Made by a program: the position numbers and the translations under genes
The notes under the pieces: model-generated
Told to the model about the DNA's origin: nothing
The model's input: only the letters and a program-made list of their open reading frames with translations
Databases searched by the model: none
Part shown: one piece after another, positions 1 to 12,474 of the stretch
Layout of the letters: each line of letters opens with the position of its first letter
Position numbering within the stretch: position 1 is the first letter of the stretch
Origin: Adineta vaga
Taxonomy: Eukaryota; Animalia; Rotifera
Length of the DNA stretch: 64,000 nt
Assembly: GCA_021613535.1 (NCBI GenBank)
Contig: CP075495.1
Coordinates: 14,570,001-14,634,000, forward strand
Direction of reading: 5' to 3'

Positions 1-164
1 TGTCATCACTCAATCTTTCTCTGTTCTGTCTCAATGCAGACCTAATCAAATATACGAACGTAGAATTTTTTTTCTCTTTCTTTCTTTCTTCTTCTTTTCT
101 TTTCCTTCTCGTCCCATTACTCAGTTGAATGTGTATGAGACGGGTCGAGATCGAGCGGGCACAA

Positions 165-500
165 ACACATACACACACACGCATGCATGCGTGCATTAGT
201 CGAAAGAAGAGTAAACAGGACAGGACAGACAGACAGACCATCATCGTTGAAATAATTGCAGTTGTTCTATTGGATAAAACAAGTCGACAATTGAGTTTCC
301 ATTGGTCATCGATGTAATCTTTCATATTCGTATCTATCGCTCACTTGAGAAGAAAAAGAAAGGGCAAAAGGAAAGAAAGAAAGAAAGAAAGAAAGAAAGA
401 GAAGCAAACGCGCGCGCACATACACACACAAACACATTGCATTCATTCATTCATTTCTTCTTCTTCTTCTTCACTGACAAACATACACACACACACACAC
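165..500. repeat. Microsatellite-rich region: (CA)n, (GACA)n, (GAAA)n, (TTC)n
   Basis: Simple repeats read directly, e.g. (GAAA)n at about 371-399 and (CA)n at 165-180 and 485-500. Confidence 0.85.
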
Positions 501-981
501 GTTTTTCTCTGACAGGACGCGTCATGAAGAATCGACGAGTAAAACTTCATAAGAGTATAAAAAAATGAAAAACCTTTTATCTTTTTTCCAATTATCCATC
601 TGTTTTCTATTTAATAGAGTCAACCAAACCTGAAGAATATGTATATATTGAATTAGATACAAAATGCAGGTATATAAACTTTTTTTTTATTCTTTATCTC
701 TTGAAAGAAAAGAACTGTTTTTTTAGTTGTTCACAATCATCGCTCGATGATCATGCATCTATTCAAGTATGTTCTTTCACTCTTTTTTTTGTTGAATTTA
801 TTGAATATTCGTTTCGTAGTTTTCACGTCGCTATCTTCAATGTCAAGCTTCAATGCCTATTCACATTCTTCGTTCATATATTCAACAAGTTTTACCTCAT
901 TCACCAATGACAAAAGTAAAATTCAATGTAATCTATTACACTTTAATGCTTCTTTTCTTCTTCTAGGTATCAATTTATGAT

Positions 982-1578
982 TTGAATGATCAATTATTGA
1001 ATGACTCCATCTGTCTAAAAGATCTTTCTTCTTCTTCTTCTTCATTAACACATATTCCTCTTCGTTTTACAATGATGAATACAGTCACATCATTCGGTCA
1101 TTGTTTATGTTCATCTCCTTGTTCTCCGATAAAAAATTCTTCGTCGTCACCATCGTTTTCACCAACTATCATTCAACGTGAAACAATAAACCGAACATTA
1201 TCAACATGTCCATTAGTTCCAACTCCTCCACATTCTCCATCATCTTCAACGTCACTTTCACCTATTCTATCGAAAAATTCATTACCAATTGTTAATCTTC
1301 TAACTCCACCATCACCGCCCCATTATTCATCATTTTTAATTGATAGTATCGTCGAATCGAACTGTAATGATCCATCGATTATTGATAAAATAACATCGGA
1401 ATTCGGTGAAATTTGTCCATCAGAACCTTCGATAAAACGAAAACGACAACGAATTTATAAAAAACTTCTACCAAAAACATCATCACCGTCAGATATTCCT
1501 CTTGATTTAACTGTCAAAAAACGTCCAATATCATTCGATTTGTTTCCAATGCAATCGAAATGGTTAAAAATGATTTAG
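982..1578 (+). CDS. Small Ser/Pro-rich nuclear protein with eh1-like and CtBP-binding motifs; putative co-repressor adaptor
   Basis: FLIDSIV (1333-1353) resembles eh1 FxIxxIL; basic KRKRQR; PLDLT (1498-1512). Start uncertain: first in-frame ATG at 1072, probable splice acceptor near 967. Confidence 0.6.
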   Translation: MNDQLLNDSICLKDLSSSSSSLTHIPLRFTMMNTVTSFGHCLCSSPCSPIKNSSSSPSFSPTIIQRETINRTLSTCPLVPTPPHSPSSSTSLSPILSKNSLPIVNLLTPPSPPHYSSFLIDSIVESNCNDPSIIDKITSEFGEICPSEPSIKRKRQRIYKKLLPKTSSPSDIPLDLTVKKRPISFDLFPMQSKWLKMI

Positions 1579-2147
1579 AAAGAAAAGAAAAACAATGTTT
1601 TATTTGACAGTATGTGTGATATTTTGCTGTTTTTATTATTGTCTATAAGAATATACATAAGACAAACAAACTACACTTCCAGTTCAATTGGTTTGTTTCA
1701 TTTATTTTTCAAGAGGATGTGTCAAAAGAGAAACACACAATTGCATCTTTTGTGTTCTATCCTACAGAGATGGAATTATATTTCTTTTTGAAGACAAGAG
1801 AACGTATTGTATTATGTACGAAAGATGCTTACAGATAGCGACTGATTCTTTGATGTTTGTTTTTTTTTCTGACTAAGAATATGTGTGAGAAACAATTGTT
1901 GTTTTAATCTACTAGCTCATGCTGATCGAAAATCAATTAGATTTGAAACAATCTTTTGATATCGTTGATTAACATAATTGATTTAAGCAAAAAAAATGAG
2001 GTTTATTCAAAATCGTTTCTAGAAGACGAAAAACAAACAAAGACTATTCAAAGACAAATAACAATATAATATACATGCAACGATAAAGAAATCAAAATTC
2101 TAAACGAACAAACAAAATCGAAATAGATAAGTATTGATTTTTCTTTC

Positions 2148-3369
2148 CTAAGAATAATAATCGTATTCACGATCATCGATTGATAGTGTTGTTGATAATC
2201 TACGTTTTTTATTGGTGGGTTCTGATGTTGATGGAATGAAATCATGGATAGTTTGAGTTTGAGCAGATATTTGTTCGGGAAAAAGACGAAGAGTTAATTC
2301 ATTATGAAATATTCGTTGATTTTTTAAGAGAAGATCGAGTTTTTCTTGTGTTAAATCAATTAATTGCCGTTTGGTACGTTCTAAATCCATGCGTAAACTA
2401 CAAATTTCAATTTCTTTTAATTGTTTATATTCTTGAAATTGTTCTTCAAGACGTTCATAACGAATATTGGAATTCTGTTCATGAATTTCTCCATCTTCAA
2501 CATTATCATCATTGTTTACATGATTGACAAAAGTCTAACGAAAGAGAAATACATATCGATACGAAGAAAAACACAATTATTCTTACATTTTCTGAAGGAT
2601 TTTGTTCAGTTGCTGAATGTTTTCGAGAAGTTTTCGAAATATGAATAATTCGGTCTGGTTGATGATTTGATCGATGACGATGATTAGAACGTTGATGATA
2701 ATGATTATTCGATTGTTCTTGTTCAGATGGAGCAAATTTCGTAACAGTGATTTCTTCATCACGAATATAATGAGGTCGAGCTAAGAGAACACGATCAACA
2801 TCATCATAATCCTAGAAAAAGATTTTCTTATAAATTGGGATTGATGGAAAAGAGAATCTTTCAAACCTCGTAATCAATAAATCCTTGTTCGACATCAATT
2901 TTTTTAATTCGACCATATTTTTGAAAATAATTTTGAAGAAGATTTTTATCATGTGTGAATAAATCTTGTAGAATCAATCGATTTGTGACTATAAGTCGTT
3001 CGGGTATACTTGATGTTGAACGTGGTAATGCACGTTTAACAAAAATTTCATCACCATTGATAATATGTGGTCGACTTGACATAAATTTTGATATACTTTG
3101 AGTTTTTTGAAATGTAACAAAAGCAAAACAATGATAAACCTTTGAAATCATGACAAAAAAAAAGAATTTATTAGAATTATAAAGAAAGAATGATTTACAT
3201 TATTTTCTTTATCTCGATTTATTGATAATTCTGTTAATGAACCATATTTTTCACAATAAGTACGTAGAATATCATTCGAGATATTACATAAATTTCCGAT
3301 AAATACTTGTCGACTAGAAGAATTCAATTTATTAGAAATTTATCATTGATTTTTTACTTACTCGCTCAT
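2148..3369 (-). CDS. Two-RRM RNA-binding protein, hnRNP A/B-like, multi-exon
   Basis: Spliced translation gives RNP2 VFIGNL, RNP1 CFAFVTF, second RRM GFIDYE/DYDDVDRVLLARPHYI and a C-terminal coiled coil; ATG at 3369 is followed by a GT donor. Confidence 0.8.
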
Positions 3370-3909
3370 TCTTATCTTCGTCTCGTCAGATGTAAATGTA
3401 CGAATGAAAGAAATAATAAAACTTCGATTCGAAAACAATGCTTTACTATGAGTGTTTGTTATAGTAAACAGTAGAAAAGATGACAAAGGAAAACAATAAG
3501 ACCTCGATAATCATATTATTGGATTATTACTAATATCGAACTATTCTTACTCATATATTTAGTTTTTACATCTTTATACTTTAAATATTTATGAACAAAT
3601 TCAGTTATATGAATTATTAATATATCGATTCTAAGCGACATCTAATCATCATTTATATAAATATGGGCTGTGCAATGATAGAAAAAGAATGGAGATCAAT
3701 CAGAGAAGTTTTTCATTTGAACATCCACTATATTTATTGATATTTTTGCTTCATATCTTCAATAAAAGTGTGAAGTTTACATGTACCGACTCTATTTGTT
3801 TGATCATGTAGAAAAATATAAAATTTCATTCAATTTCGTTTATCATTAGAAAAAAAGATTTGTATTTCTATACATCCGATATTCTAACATTGTTTACAAA
3901 AATATATTC

Positions 3910-4517
3910 TCATGCACAATAAAGTGAACAATGTAAAACAATAATAATAGCCAAAATAAATGCATGATCATCTTGTTCTCGAGCATCAATTGAATCAATT
4001 ATTTCAATTCCATATGTATCAGCAATAGAAAAGAATTTTTTATTTACAATAGCAATTGTTTTATCATTTTTGGTTTTTAAAACAAAGGAATGATCAAATA
4101 TGTCAAGTCCTTTAATTTTATATTCACCATAGATTGAATAAATAACATAACTATGTTTGAAAAACGTTAATTTCTGTCGAATCGACGCAATATGTCGATC
4201 GGAATCACCATCACGAGCTGATAAAATATGAAATTGATCAAGAAAACGAAGACCATTTTGATGCATTTTAAAAAGTGCACTAAACAAAATGAAATCAAAA
4301 CATCTATAGAGTATTTCTTCTTTTCTTCAACTTACTTTCCATTCATATCTTCGATAATAAGTTTTTTCTTTAAAGACCATTTTTTTGATCGAACTATATA
4401 TCGATTATGTCCGAATTCATCTTTAATTTTAAAACAGTTTCCCCATGTAAAAAGTCTTTCTTGTATTAAATATCGACAACGTCGATTTGATTGTGTTGTA
4501 GAAATTTGATCATTCAT
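3910..4517 (-). CDS. LURP-one-related / tubby-C-like scramblase-fold protein, 2 exons
   Basis: YLIQERLFTWGNCFKIKDE, IASIRQKLTFF, IAIVNKKFFSIADTYGIEI, FILAIIIVL match the family pattern; intron about 4280-4335. Confidence 0.8.
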
Positions 4518-4894
4518 CGTCTCACATCAGCAGACGAAATTAGATGTATGTGCTACTATCAATCGACGAATAGAATAGAATGTAAAAACTTCTATTGGTT
4601 TTCCTTTTCCTCTTTCTTCAGTATGAATCAATAGAAAACACCATTCCCATTTGTCTATATATGAAGATTACTAATGCAGTAGCTACTGCCATCTGAACTT
4701 TGAAATCAATCTGATTTTATCTGCATTCAATGATGAAAAGAAAGAAAAATAAATGATTTTAGGAAGATGAATAGATGTTCACGTTGATATTCTCATCTAT
4801 TCTATTGATTACATGTGAAAATACATGCGCATACGTATTTTTATTGCACTGAATATATTCTCTCATTTAGTTTTTAATAACAATATAAGATATA

Positions 4895-5365
4895 CTAATA
4901 CAAATGATATCTGTCAATAAGTGATGTTGAAGGAATATCTTTATCGAGATAACTTAGTAAATAATCCAATTGGATTTGAGACAAAATTATCAAAGGATGT
5001 CGAGTTATCTCGAGAAATCGTTCATCAGAATAAGCATCATAAAAGATTGGAGTTGATGTTGCTGAAACAGGTGGTGTAGGAGAACATTCCATAAATCGAA
5101 GATCTTCTTCTGGTTCAACGATTGGTATTGGAAGAGAAACTGGTAATGGAATAGTTACAAGTGGTTTTTTTGATGGTCTTCGCCATAGAGATGCCATTTG
5201 TTCTGCACTTAAATAATCATGATCAAGTAAAATTGTTGTATAATCTAATTTTGGTTTATGTTTTTTCACTTGTGGTACAGTGATAATCATATCACTTGAT
5301 CCATCTTCCCATCCTTTCGGTGGTGCATGTTTACGTTTTTTCGTTAATAACAATGCATCTTCTTC
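4895..5365 (-). pseudogene. Partial duplicate of the 3' end of the 8968-10895 gene, with an in-frame internal deletion
   Basis: Near-identical to about 8968-9580; lacks the poly-Pro segment (about 9125-9265 in the parent); no upstream exons of its own. Confidence 0.8.
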
Positions 5366-5389
5366 TTTTTATATTGTTGGTACTGAAAG

Positions 5390-5910
5390 AACTTCTCAAT
5401 CTTGGTGCTATTCATAAACACGTTTGTGTGCTTTTTCTGCACGCATCTGGTAACAGGAGGCTGCCTCTGGCTCGGCGTTTCCATGCTATAAAATAGACTC
5501 AAATCTTAAGCATATTAAAACAATATTCAAAAACCAAACCTACAGACAACTAACCCAAATCCTGCAAATTCAAGATGTGTACGCTGTGCTGAGGAGATGT
5601 ATGACAAATATCAAATTTTATATGAATGTGATTTGTTGTTGCTTGAACAGGTACCTCACCAGTTTTTAACAATTCCTTTCGATTAGGAAGAATAAAACAA
5701 TTTGTTAATGAAAACTAGATTTCAAAAAGAACTTTCTATTTACAGTAAGTGTTCCGTAAGCTTGTTCAATTGTATTAAATTTCGTATGACTACGTTTACT
5801 GTCATGAGATGATGAATCCGAATGATATTGTTTGACTTTTGCTAGATATACTTTCCGAATAACAGTATCATCACGACATGATGAATCAAGTTCCAAAATG
5901 CTTTTAAAAA
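5390..5910 (-). pseudogene. DNAJC28: Degenerate DNAJC28 fragment (J-domain exon and the next two exons)
   Basis: Colinear with about 11790-12290; HPD changed to HSD, with indels and stops. Confidence 0.8.
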
Positions 5911-6046
5911 TATAATATTTAATCTATAAAGAAGAGAATCAAATTGAATATTTGATTATTCTATATTTATGATTTGAAATTGAATCGAATCGAATCTTGT
6001 TATATTATATTCTTAGATAGTAGTGGAGTTGTTTGCACTGATTGTA

Positions 6047-6373
6047 CATACATATCAAGCTTGAAATTCATATTCAATCAAAAAACAAAATTTCAGTTGA
6101 AATCTTCAAGGGTGAGGGTGAGAGTGCAGAGGGGTATTAACAGATTGAGAACGAGGATGAGTGTGTGGATTCGAATATTTTATTGAGAATAATTAGCAGG
6201 TGCTGGCGTAAATGTGACGCGATCGGAACAGACGTCTTTCAAGTGGAGTCGCGGCGTTGGGGGCATAAAGTGCCCCCGATAATTGAAGATTTCATTTGAC
6301 ATAATTCTTAAAGATAATTTCATTTGAAACTAGAATTGAAAAGTTTCAATTGAATTCAAGTTTGACACTACTG
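6047..6373. repeat. Dispersed repeat ending ...TTTGACACTACTG (possible DNA-transposon end), with an internal insertion
   Basis: 6047-6109 and 6334-6373 match 39857-39969; a similar terminus is at 17495-17525. Confidence 0.6.
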
Positions 6374-6960
6374 TAATTGTACAAATAGATTATCAAGATG
6401 TCGCCATTCTGTAGTCAAACAGTCAGTTCACAAAGCAATTCGTTCCCCGAATATATGTATATGCCATTAGAGAATATACACAATGGATGTGTGTTTTCTT
6501 TATATCGTTTTCTTCGTCCGTCATGTTCATGCGTATATAAAGACGTGTATGTCCTTCATTTCTTCAGAAACATCTTATTTATATAACAATATTCGTAATG
6601 TGTAAAGCGCAAATCATAGTAAGTGATCGCCTTTTCTTCAGTACGAAACATTTCGTCTCTCCTTTTAGTAAAGGAAATATTACCTGATTAGTGGAGAAAC
6701 TCTGTTTAGAAACTATAGGATGTTTATAGAAATTCGTAATGATCTATGCGAATCCACTTTTATAAGCACAGCGAATTGTGGTTATATAATTTACTACAAA
6801 AAAAGCATATGTTACCTAAGTTATTTCTAATAGTACTCCGCAAAACTCAGAAAATAAATACTCGAATGTGTCGGGTGAAATCCGATATGAAAAAGAAGTT
6901 ATCTATAAGAGCTATGACGCCGTCATCATTGCTATAATGATGAAGTAATTCAGGAGTAAA

Positions 6961-7128
6961 CAGGGGCGTCCCGAGGGGGGCGCGTGGGGCGTAACGCCCC
7001 CCTGCTTCGGGAAAATTTTTGTTTTTTTTGCTCGCCAAAATTTTTTGCAGCAGAAAAAAATTTTTTCGGAAAATTTTCAAAAATTTTTCGCTGCGCCCCC
7101 CTGCTTTTGGCACCTCGGGACGCCCCTG
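6961..7128. mobile_element. 168-bp hAT-type MITE
   Basis: 16-bp perfect TIR CAGGGGCGTCCCGAGG; 8-bp TSD GGAGTAAA at 6953-6960 and 7129-7136; GC-rich against an AT-rich background. Confidence 0.93.
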
Positions 7129-7368
7129 GGAGTAAAGCATCTGTTTAATGTTGATAGGCTGCTTCGACTTCTCGCCACTCAAAGCATTGCGTTTGACAAT
7201 CGCCCTTCAATTGTTAACATTCAGTAATAGCTAAGATATTGTGAATGTAGTGTACTGATGAAAGAGTACACGAGATTTTTGAACGATTCTAAATTTATTG
7301 GTTTGTTTCGATAAAGAAGATTTTTTATCATCAATAACTTTTACTTGTAAAAAATATAGAGATCAACA

Positions 7369-7677
7369 ATGGAATTACCAGATAATAATGATGAATTAAG
7401 ATTACTTGACAATCTACAACAACTAATTCAGCAGAAGAACAATGAAATACAAAAATTGCATGAAAAAATTGCTGATTTAGAAAAAAGTCATGAAAAAATG
7501 GTTAAAGATTTAGAAGACAAATATGTAAAAATAATTGCAAAATTAGAAAATGATATTGAAAGTTTACGTGGAGCTAAACTTCATCTTAACTCGTTTATAC
7601 CAGTTAATGTATGGAAATATGCACCCATCATATTTATCGCACCGATGATTATACACTTTATACATAAACTTAAATGA
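7369..7677 (+). CDS. Orphan coiled-coil protein with C-terminal hydrophobic anchor and basic tail (102 aa)
   Basis: Heptad-rich ORF ending VWKYAPIIFIAPMIIHFIHKLK; same architecture as 17716-18042. Confidence 0.6.
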   Translation: MELPDNNDELRLLDNLQQLIQQKNNEIQKLHEKIADLEKSHEKMVKDLEDKYVKIIAKLENDIESLRGAKLHLNSFIPVNVWKYAPIIFIAPMIIHFIHKLK

Positions 7678-8520
7678 ACGATAGATATCGAGTCATTTTT
7701 TGTGAACACTTGAAATTCATAATTTTCTTGATTTTTTTATTGTAATTTTCTCTCGTGTTAACTGTTGTTTCTTATTAAATGTTGTGTTCTTTCTTTTGTC
7801 AGCTGACCTATGCCTCGTTGAATCTTTCGATCTTTTTCTTGTCAGCCAGCTAAATTTCATCTTTACGTTTAATTGTTACTAATTTTTCTGTCCGTAGAAA
7901 TATTTTTTTTGTTGATCATAAAATAAAATATCTCAATATGTATTCGCTGAAATACATAACAAAACATTAATCAAACTTGGATTGGATTTTTATGAAGGAA
8001 AGATACTTATCAGTATGTAAATTATCGAGTTCAACCACTAAATGTTTTCTAAAGATTATTGATAAATTTAAAATATAATTTCCACGCGTTTTCAATGTAT
8101 GTACTTCATTGTGAAACATTGTTCATCGTAAAATGGTATACAGAGATAATTGTCAGTGATGAAATTCTATATAGCGTTGGTAATAATTTCCTTTATCAAC
8201 TAATATGATCATCAGCCGAAATAAACAAAGAAGTGTTTCACATAGAAAAAAAAATCCTTTTTTATTAAGTTAAACTATTCGATATTAATTACTGGAGCAG
8301 AGCGTTCGAATTTGAATATGATAGAAACTTTTGTTGAACAACAAGTGTTGAACGTGATTGAAAAACAAATACATACGTACTAGCTATTCGAATAAATATA
8401 TTCTTTGATTTTATTAGTAGAAATAATAAATCAATTACGTAGTTTTTCATAATAAACCGGTTCTCATTTTTCACACAGAGTTCGAAAAGTCGAAGAATTT
8501 CAAACATATTCGATCATTTG

Positions 8521-8620
8521 ATTCTGATTTAGTCAAAATAACTTTCAGATAAATGAAGAAAATGACACCAGCAGTATTTGATCTCCTAACATTTCGTAAT
8601 CACTATAGTAATTTAACCAT
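8521..8620 (+). pseudogene. Relic of the 5' end of the 14273 gene
   Basis: TCTGATTTAGTCAAAATA plus MTPAVFDLLTFRNHYS, versus MTTLPMDLPTLRNHYT at 14273. Confidence 0.6.
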
Positions 8621-8967
8621 TAATAATTAAATAATCATTGTTCAATATAGACCTCATCCAAGGCATTACATTCATTATCAATAACAATCAATGAAAGATT
8701 ATTCAATAAAAATTTCTATCTAATAAATGGAATTTTTATCATCATCTACGGTTATTTTCTTCTTTCATCTGTATTTAGTAGAAATCTTTATATCCATATA
8801 AGATAGTATTAATGCAGTAGCTGCAGCCACCTTGAGTATTCAATCAATAAGAACTAGAAGTTGTTATTTTGATTTTTAAGACTGATTTCGCACACATACA
8901 CTCGCACGTATTTTATTGCACCGAACAAAATTCTCTCATTTAGTTTTTAATAACAATATAAGATATA

Positions 8968-10895
8968 CTAATACAAATGATATCTGTCAATAAGTGATGT
9001 TGAAGGAATATCTTTATCGAGGTAACTTAGTAAATAATCCAATTGGATTTGAGACAAAATTATCAAAGGATGTCGAGTTATCTCGAGAAAACGTTCGTCA
9101 GAATAGGCATCATAAAAGGTTGGAGTTGGCGTTGGAGGTGGATGAGAATGAAAATAATCTCGTAATTTGAATAGAATCGGTGGAGGTGGAGGTGGAAGCG
9201 GTGGTGGTGGTGGTGGTGCTATTGAGCTCATTGCAGATGATAATAATGATATTTGATTGGTATTGGGTGTTGCTGAAGCAGGTGGTGTAGGAGAACATTC
9301 CATAAATCGAAGATCTTCTTCTGGTTCAACGATTGGTATTGGAAGAGAAACTGGTAATGGAATAGTTACAAGTGGTTTTTTTGATGGTCTTCGCCATAGA
9401 GATGCCATTTGTTCTGCACTTAAATAATCATGATCAAGTAAAATTGTTGTATAATCTAATTTTGGTTTATGTTTTTTCACTTGTGGTACAGTGATAATCA
9501 TATCACTTGATCCATCTTCCCATCCTTTCGGTGGTGCATGTTTACGTTTTTTCGTTAATAACACTGCATCTTCTTCTTTTGCTATAACTGGTAATGGTAC
9601 ATTCGCAGCAATTAATTCTGTATAGATTAATTTTGTATCATTTAATGTTGTACAAAAACATGAACGCGATGTACTAGCTTGTCGATTGTTACGCATAAGA
9701 AAGTCACGAACAAATTCAGGACACATCACAATTGGACATTGTAATAGTTTCGCGTAATGTTTAATGGTTGATAATGGAAGATTATTTAATAGACTTTTTG
9801 ATAAATCAACAAGACGTACATGTTCAGTTTCATTAATAAATACAGAGGGTACCGTGATGTTATTGATAATGCATGATGATATAAGACGATTATGTGTAAG
9901 AGATGATCGTTGTCGTGGAAGATCAAGATGAGATTCATCAAAAGTTGGTAGATTAAGATTTGATTCAATTAGACCAGCTTTTAAATTTGCTAATATATCA
10001 TTTATATTTGGTGTAGGACGTGGATCAAAATCAGCAACAAGTGAATTGAGATCATTATCTGTTGATCCAGGAGATGAATGCGTTGTCATTGGTAAAAGTT
10101 TGGAAAGTATGGATAATTTAGCTGCATTATTCATGTCGTCTAAAAAAGAAAAACAAAGAATTTTATTTTCAACTTAATAATTAACTTACTGGGCTTATTG
10201 TTATTCGTTGTTGAAGATAAACATGCATCTAATTCATCGTTGGCAACCGATGAAAATTCATTAAATAATAAACGTTCATATTCATGTTGAGAATTCATAC
10301 GTCGATATGATGATGTTCGTGGTGGTGATGATGATTGTGAGAGTGTTGTAGAAAGTAGATCATAATCTTGTATTCCAAAGGCATTCACTGCTTGATCAAT
10401 AACAGTTGGTGAATATCTTCGATCATATTGATATTGTTCAATATAAAGTTGATCATAACATTGCCAAAACGCAAGAATATCTCGAAAAGTTAAATGCTTT
10501 GGATGTTGACTATTTGTTAAACTACAATGAATTCGAATATATTTATTTAAACAAAAACAGATAAGAAGAAAATCAACGAACCATCTTATTTCATCAATAG
10601 AACGATTTGGTTTTGGTGGAAGTCTTGGTACACTATCACATATTTGACTAAGCATACTAAGATTATCCAATTCGACAAGTAATTCTCCAGCACTATCAGC
10701 CCATTCATCCACAGAAGATAGAGCACCAGCTGATGTTGGACTTTGATTTCCAAGAAGTAATGTTGCTAATGTATCTCGATCAAATAATGAATTGGGTGAT
10801 AATTTTATATTATTGTTATTGGTATTATTATTATTATTATTTGGATGATGACCATTGCCATTTGGATCTGAACTATCCATTAGCAAAGAATCCAT
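8968..10895 (-). CDS. Uncharacterised nuclear protein with a divergent Ski/Sno/Dac-like domain, NLS-like motifs and poly-Pro tract; 3 coding exons
   Basis: ATG at 10895; introns about 10527-10582 and 10140-10189; 9610-9876 aligns without gaps to the Ski DHD as I recall it. Confidence 0.7.
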
Positions 10896-11007
10896 CTTAA
10901 ACAGAAAAGAATATTCAAGCTTGAATACAATTGTTTTTTCCTCTTTTTTAACAAAAATAAGCAATCTTGCGAGATTTCCTGTACAATAAATATTAAAAAA
11001 CTACATT

Positions 11008-12474
11008 TTAAACTTTAAAATTTCGAAAAGCATTAACAAAATCTTTTATAGCATCACCAATTGAATACTTTTGATTTGCTTGATGTATTGACCATTCGTG
11101 ATGTCGTCGATTCATTTCTTCTCGATTAAGTGATGCTAATTCTTGTTCACTTGGTGGTAATTCAATTGTCAAAGGATCAAGTACAAGAATTTTTTCAATC
11201 TCTTGATCAGCATTATAATGAACTTGTTGTCGCCATAGCATTGGAACTATCAAATTTAATTTATTGATATTACTATTAACATCAGTAATATCAGCACGAA
11301 ATTTATCGACAGCTTGTGTCCATTGAGATGTATTGGATAAAAATGTCTTTCTCGTTTCATCTGATGGAAGAGAATTCTTGGTAGCAATCGTTTTAAAAAC
11401 ACGTTTTAAATCAATTCTTGCAGTATCTATAGATTCTCGAACTTGCTTTTCAAGTACAATCCATTCAGGCATATAACCTGAAATAAAATTTCGATGAAAT
11501 TATCAAATAGAATAGAATTATTTACCATTATCAATAAGAATTTCATTGATTTTATAGGTTGTAAAATCCATATAATGTGGATTACGTTCATGTAAAGGCT
11601 TTCCACTCGATTGAATGTTATTGAAATCACCACGTGACATCGATTCTTGAATAAGATCTTCTACTAAACGATCAATAAAATTTCTATCGAAAAAAAAGTA
11701 AATTCGCGGAGATTTCAAATGAATAATTTACGTTGCTCGAACATCTTTTCGTTTCTTTCTTTCGATTAATTCTTCTCTTGTTTCAACTGATTCGCGATCA
11801 CGTCGATATTCATAGACATGTTCGTATGCTTTTTCCGCACGCATTTTATAATAGGCGGTTTGCCTTTGACTCGGCGTTCCCATACTAAATAAAATCAAAC
11901 ATTAATGATAAAAAAATCACATTTAGAAAGAAAACCGACAGGCAACTAACCCAAATCCTCCATATTCAAGATGTGTACGATGTTGAGGAGCTGTATGTCG
12001 AATATCAAATTTAATATGAATATCATCGGTTGATGATTCAGCAGGTACTTCACCAGTTTTCAATGATTCCTTTCGAATAGAAAAGAAAAAGATTTCGATG
12101 AACATAAAGAAAATTATGTCTTTATTTACGGTAAGTGCTTCATACGCTTGTTGAACTTGATTAAATTTCGTCTGATCAGATTTACTATCATGAAATGATG
12201 AATCCGGATGGTACTGTTTGACTTTTTCTAGATATGCTTTTCGAATAATAGTTTCATCACGACAGGATGGGTCAATTTCCAAAATTCTTTTAATAACAAA
12301 ATATTTAATTTCGAAAGAAAATGCCGAATTCAATATTTACGAATAACATTGACGAAGAAAACGATCAGCTGGTGCTCGTGATACATTCGTTGCTGGTCTT
12401 TTTGAAACTCTAAGAAGTAAAAGACATAATCTTTGTTTATTAAACGAACAACGCCATAGGATTGGAGTGATCAT
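11008..12474 (-). CDS. DNAJC28: DnaJ homolog subfamily C member 28
   Basis: Basic presequence-like N-terminus, J domain with YHPD, DUF1992 motif VEDLIQESMSRGDFNNIQSSGKPL and PEWI; multi-exon. Confidence 0.9.

Noticed and set aside
129-568. ORFs over the microsatellite region
   Set aside because: Translations simply mirror simple repeats
6259-6278. GC hairpin GGGGGCA-TAAAG-TGCCCCC as a Helitron 3' end or terminator
   Set aside because: No CTRR terminus at the expected distance on either strand, and no other Helitron evidence
6847-7227. ORFs 6847-7182 (-) and 7045-7227 (+)
   Set aside because: They are created by the stop-poor MITE and have no protein-like features
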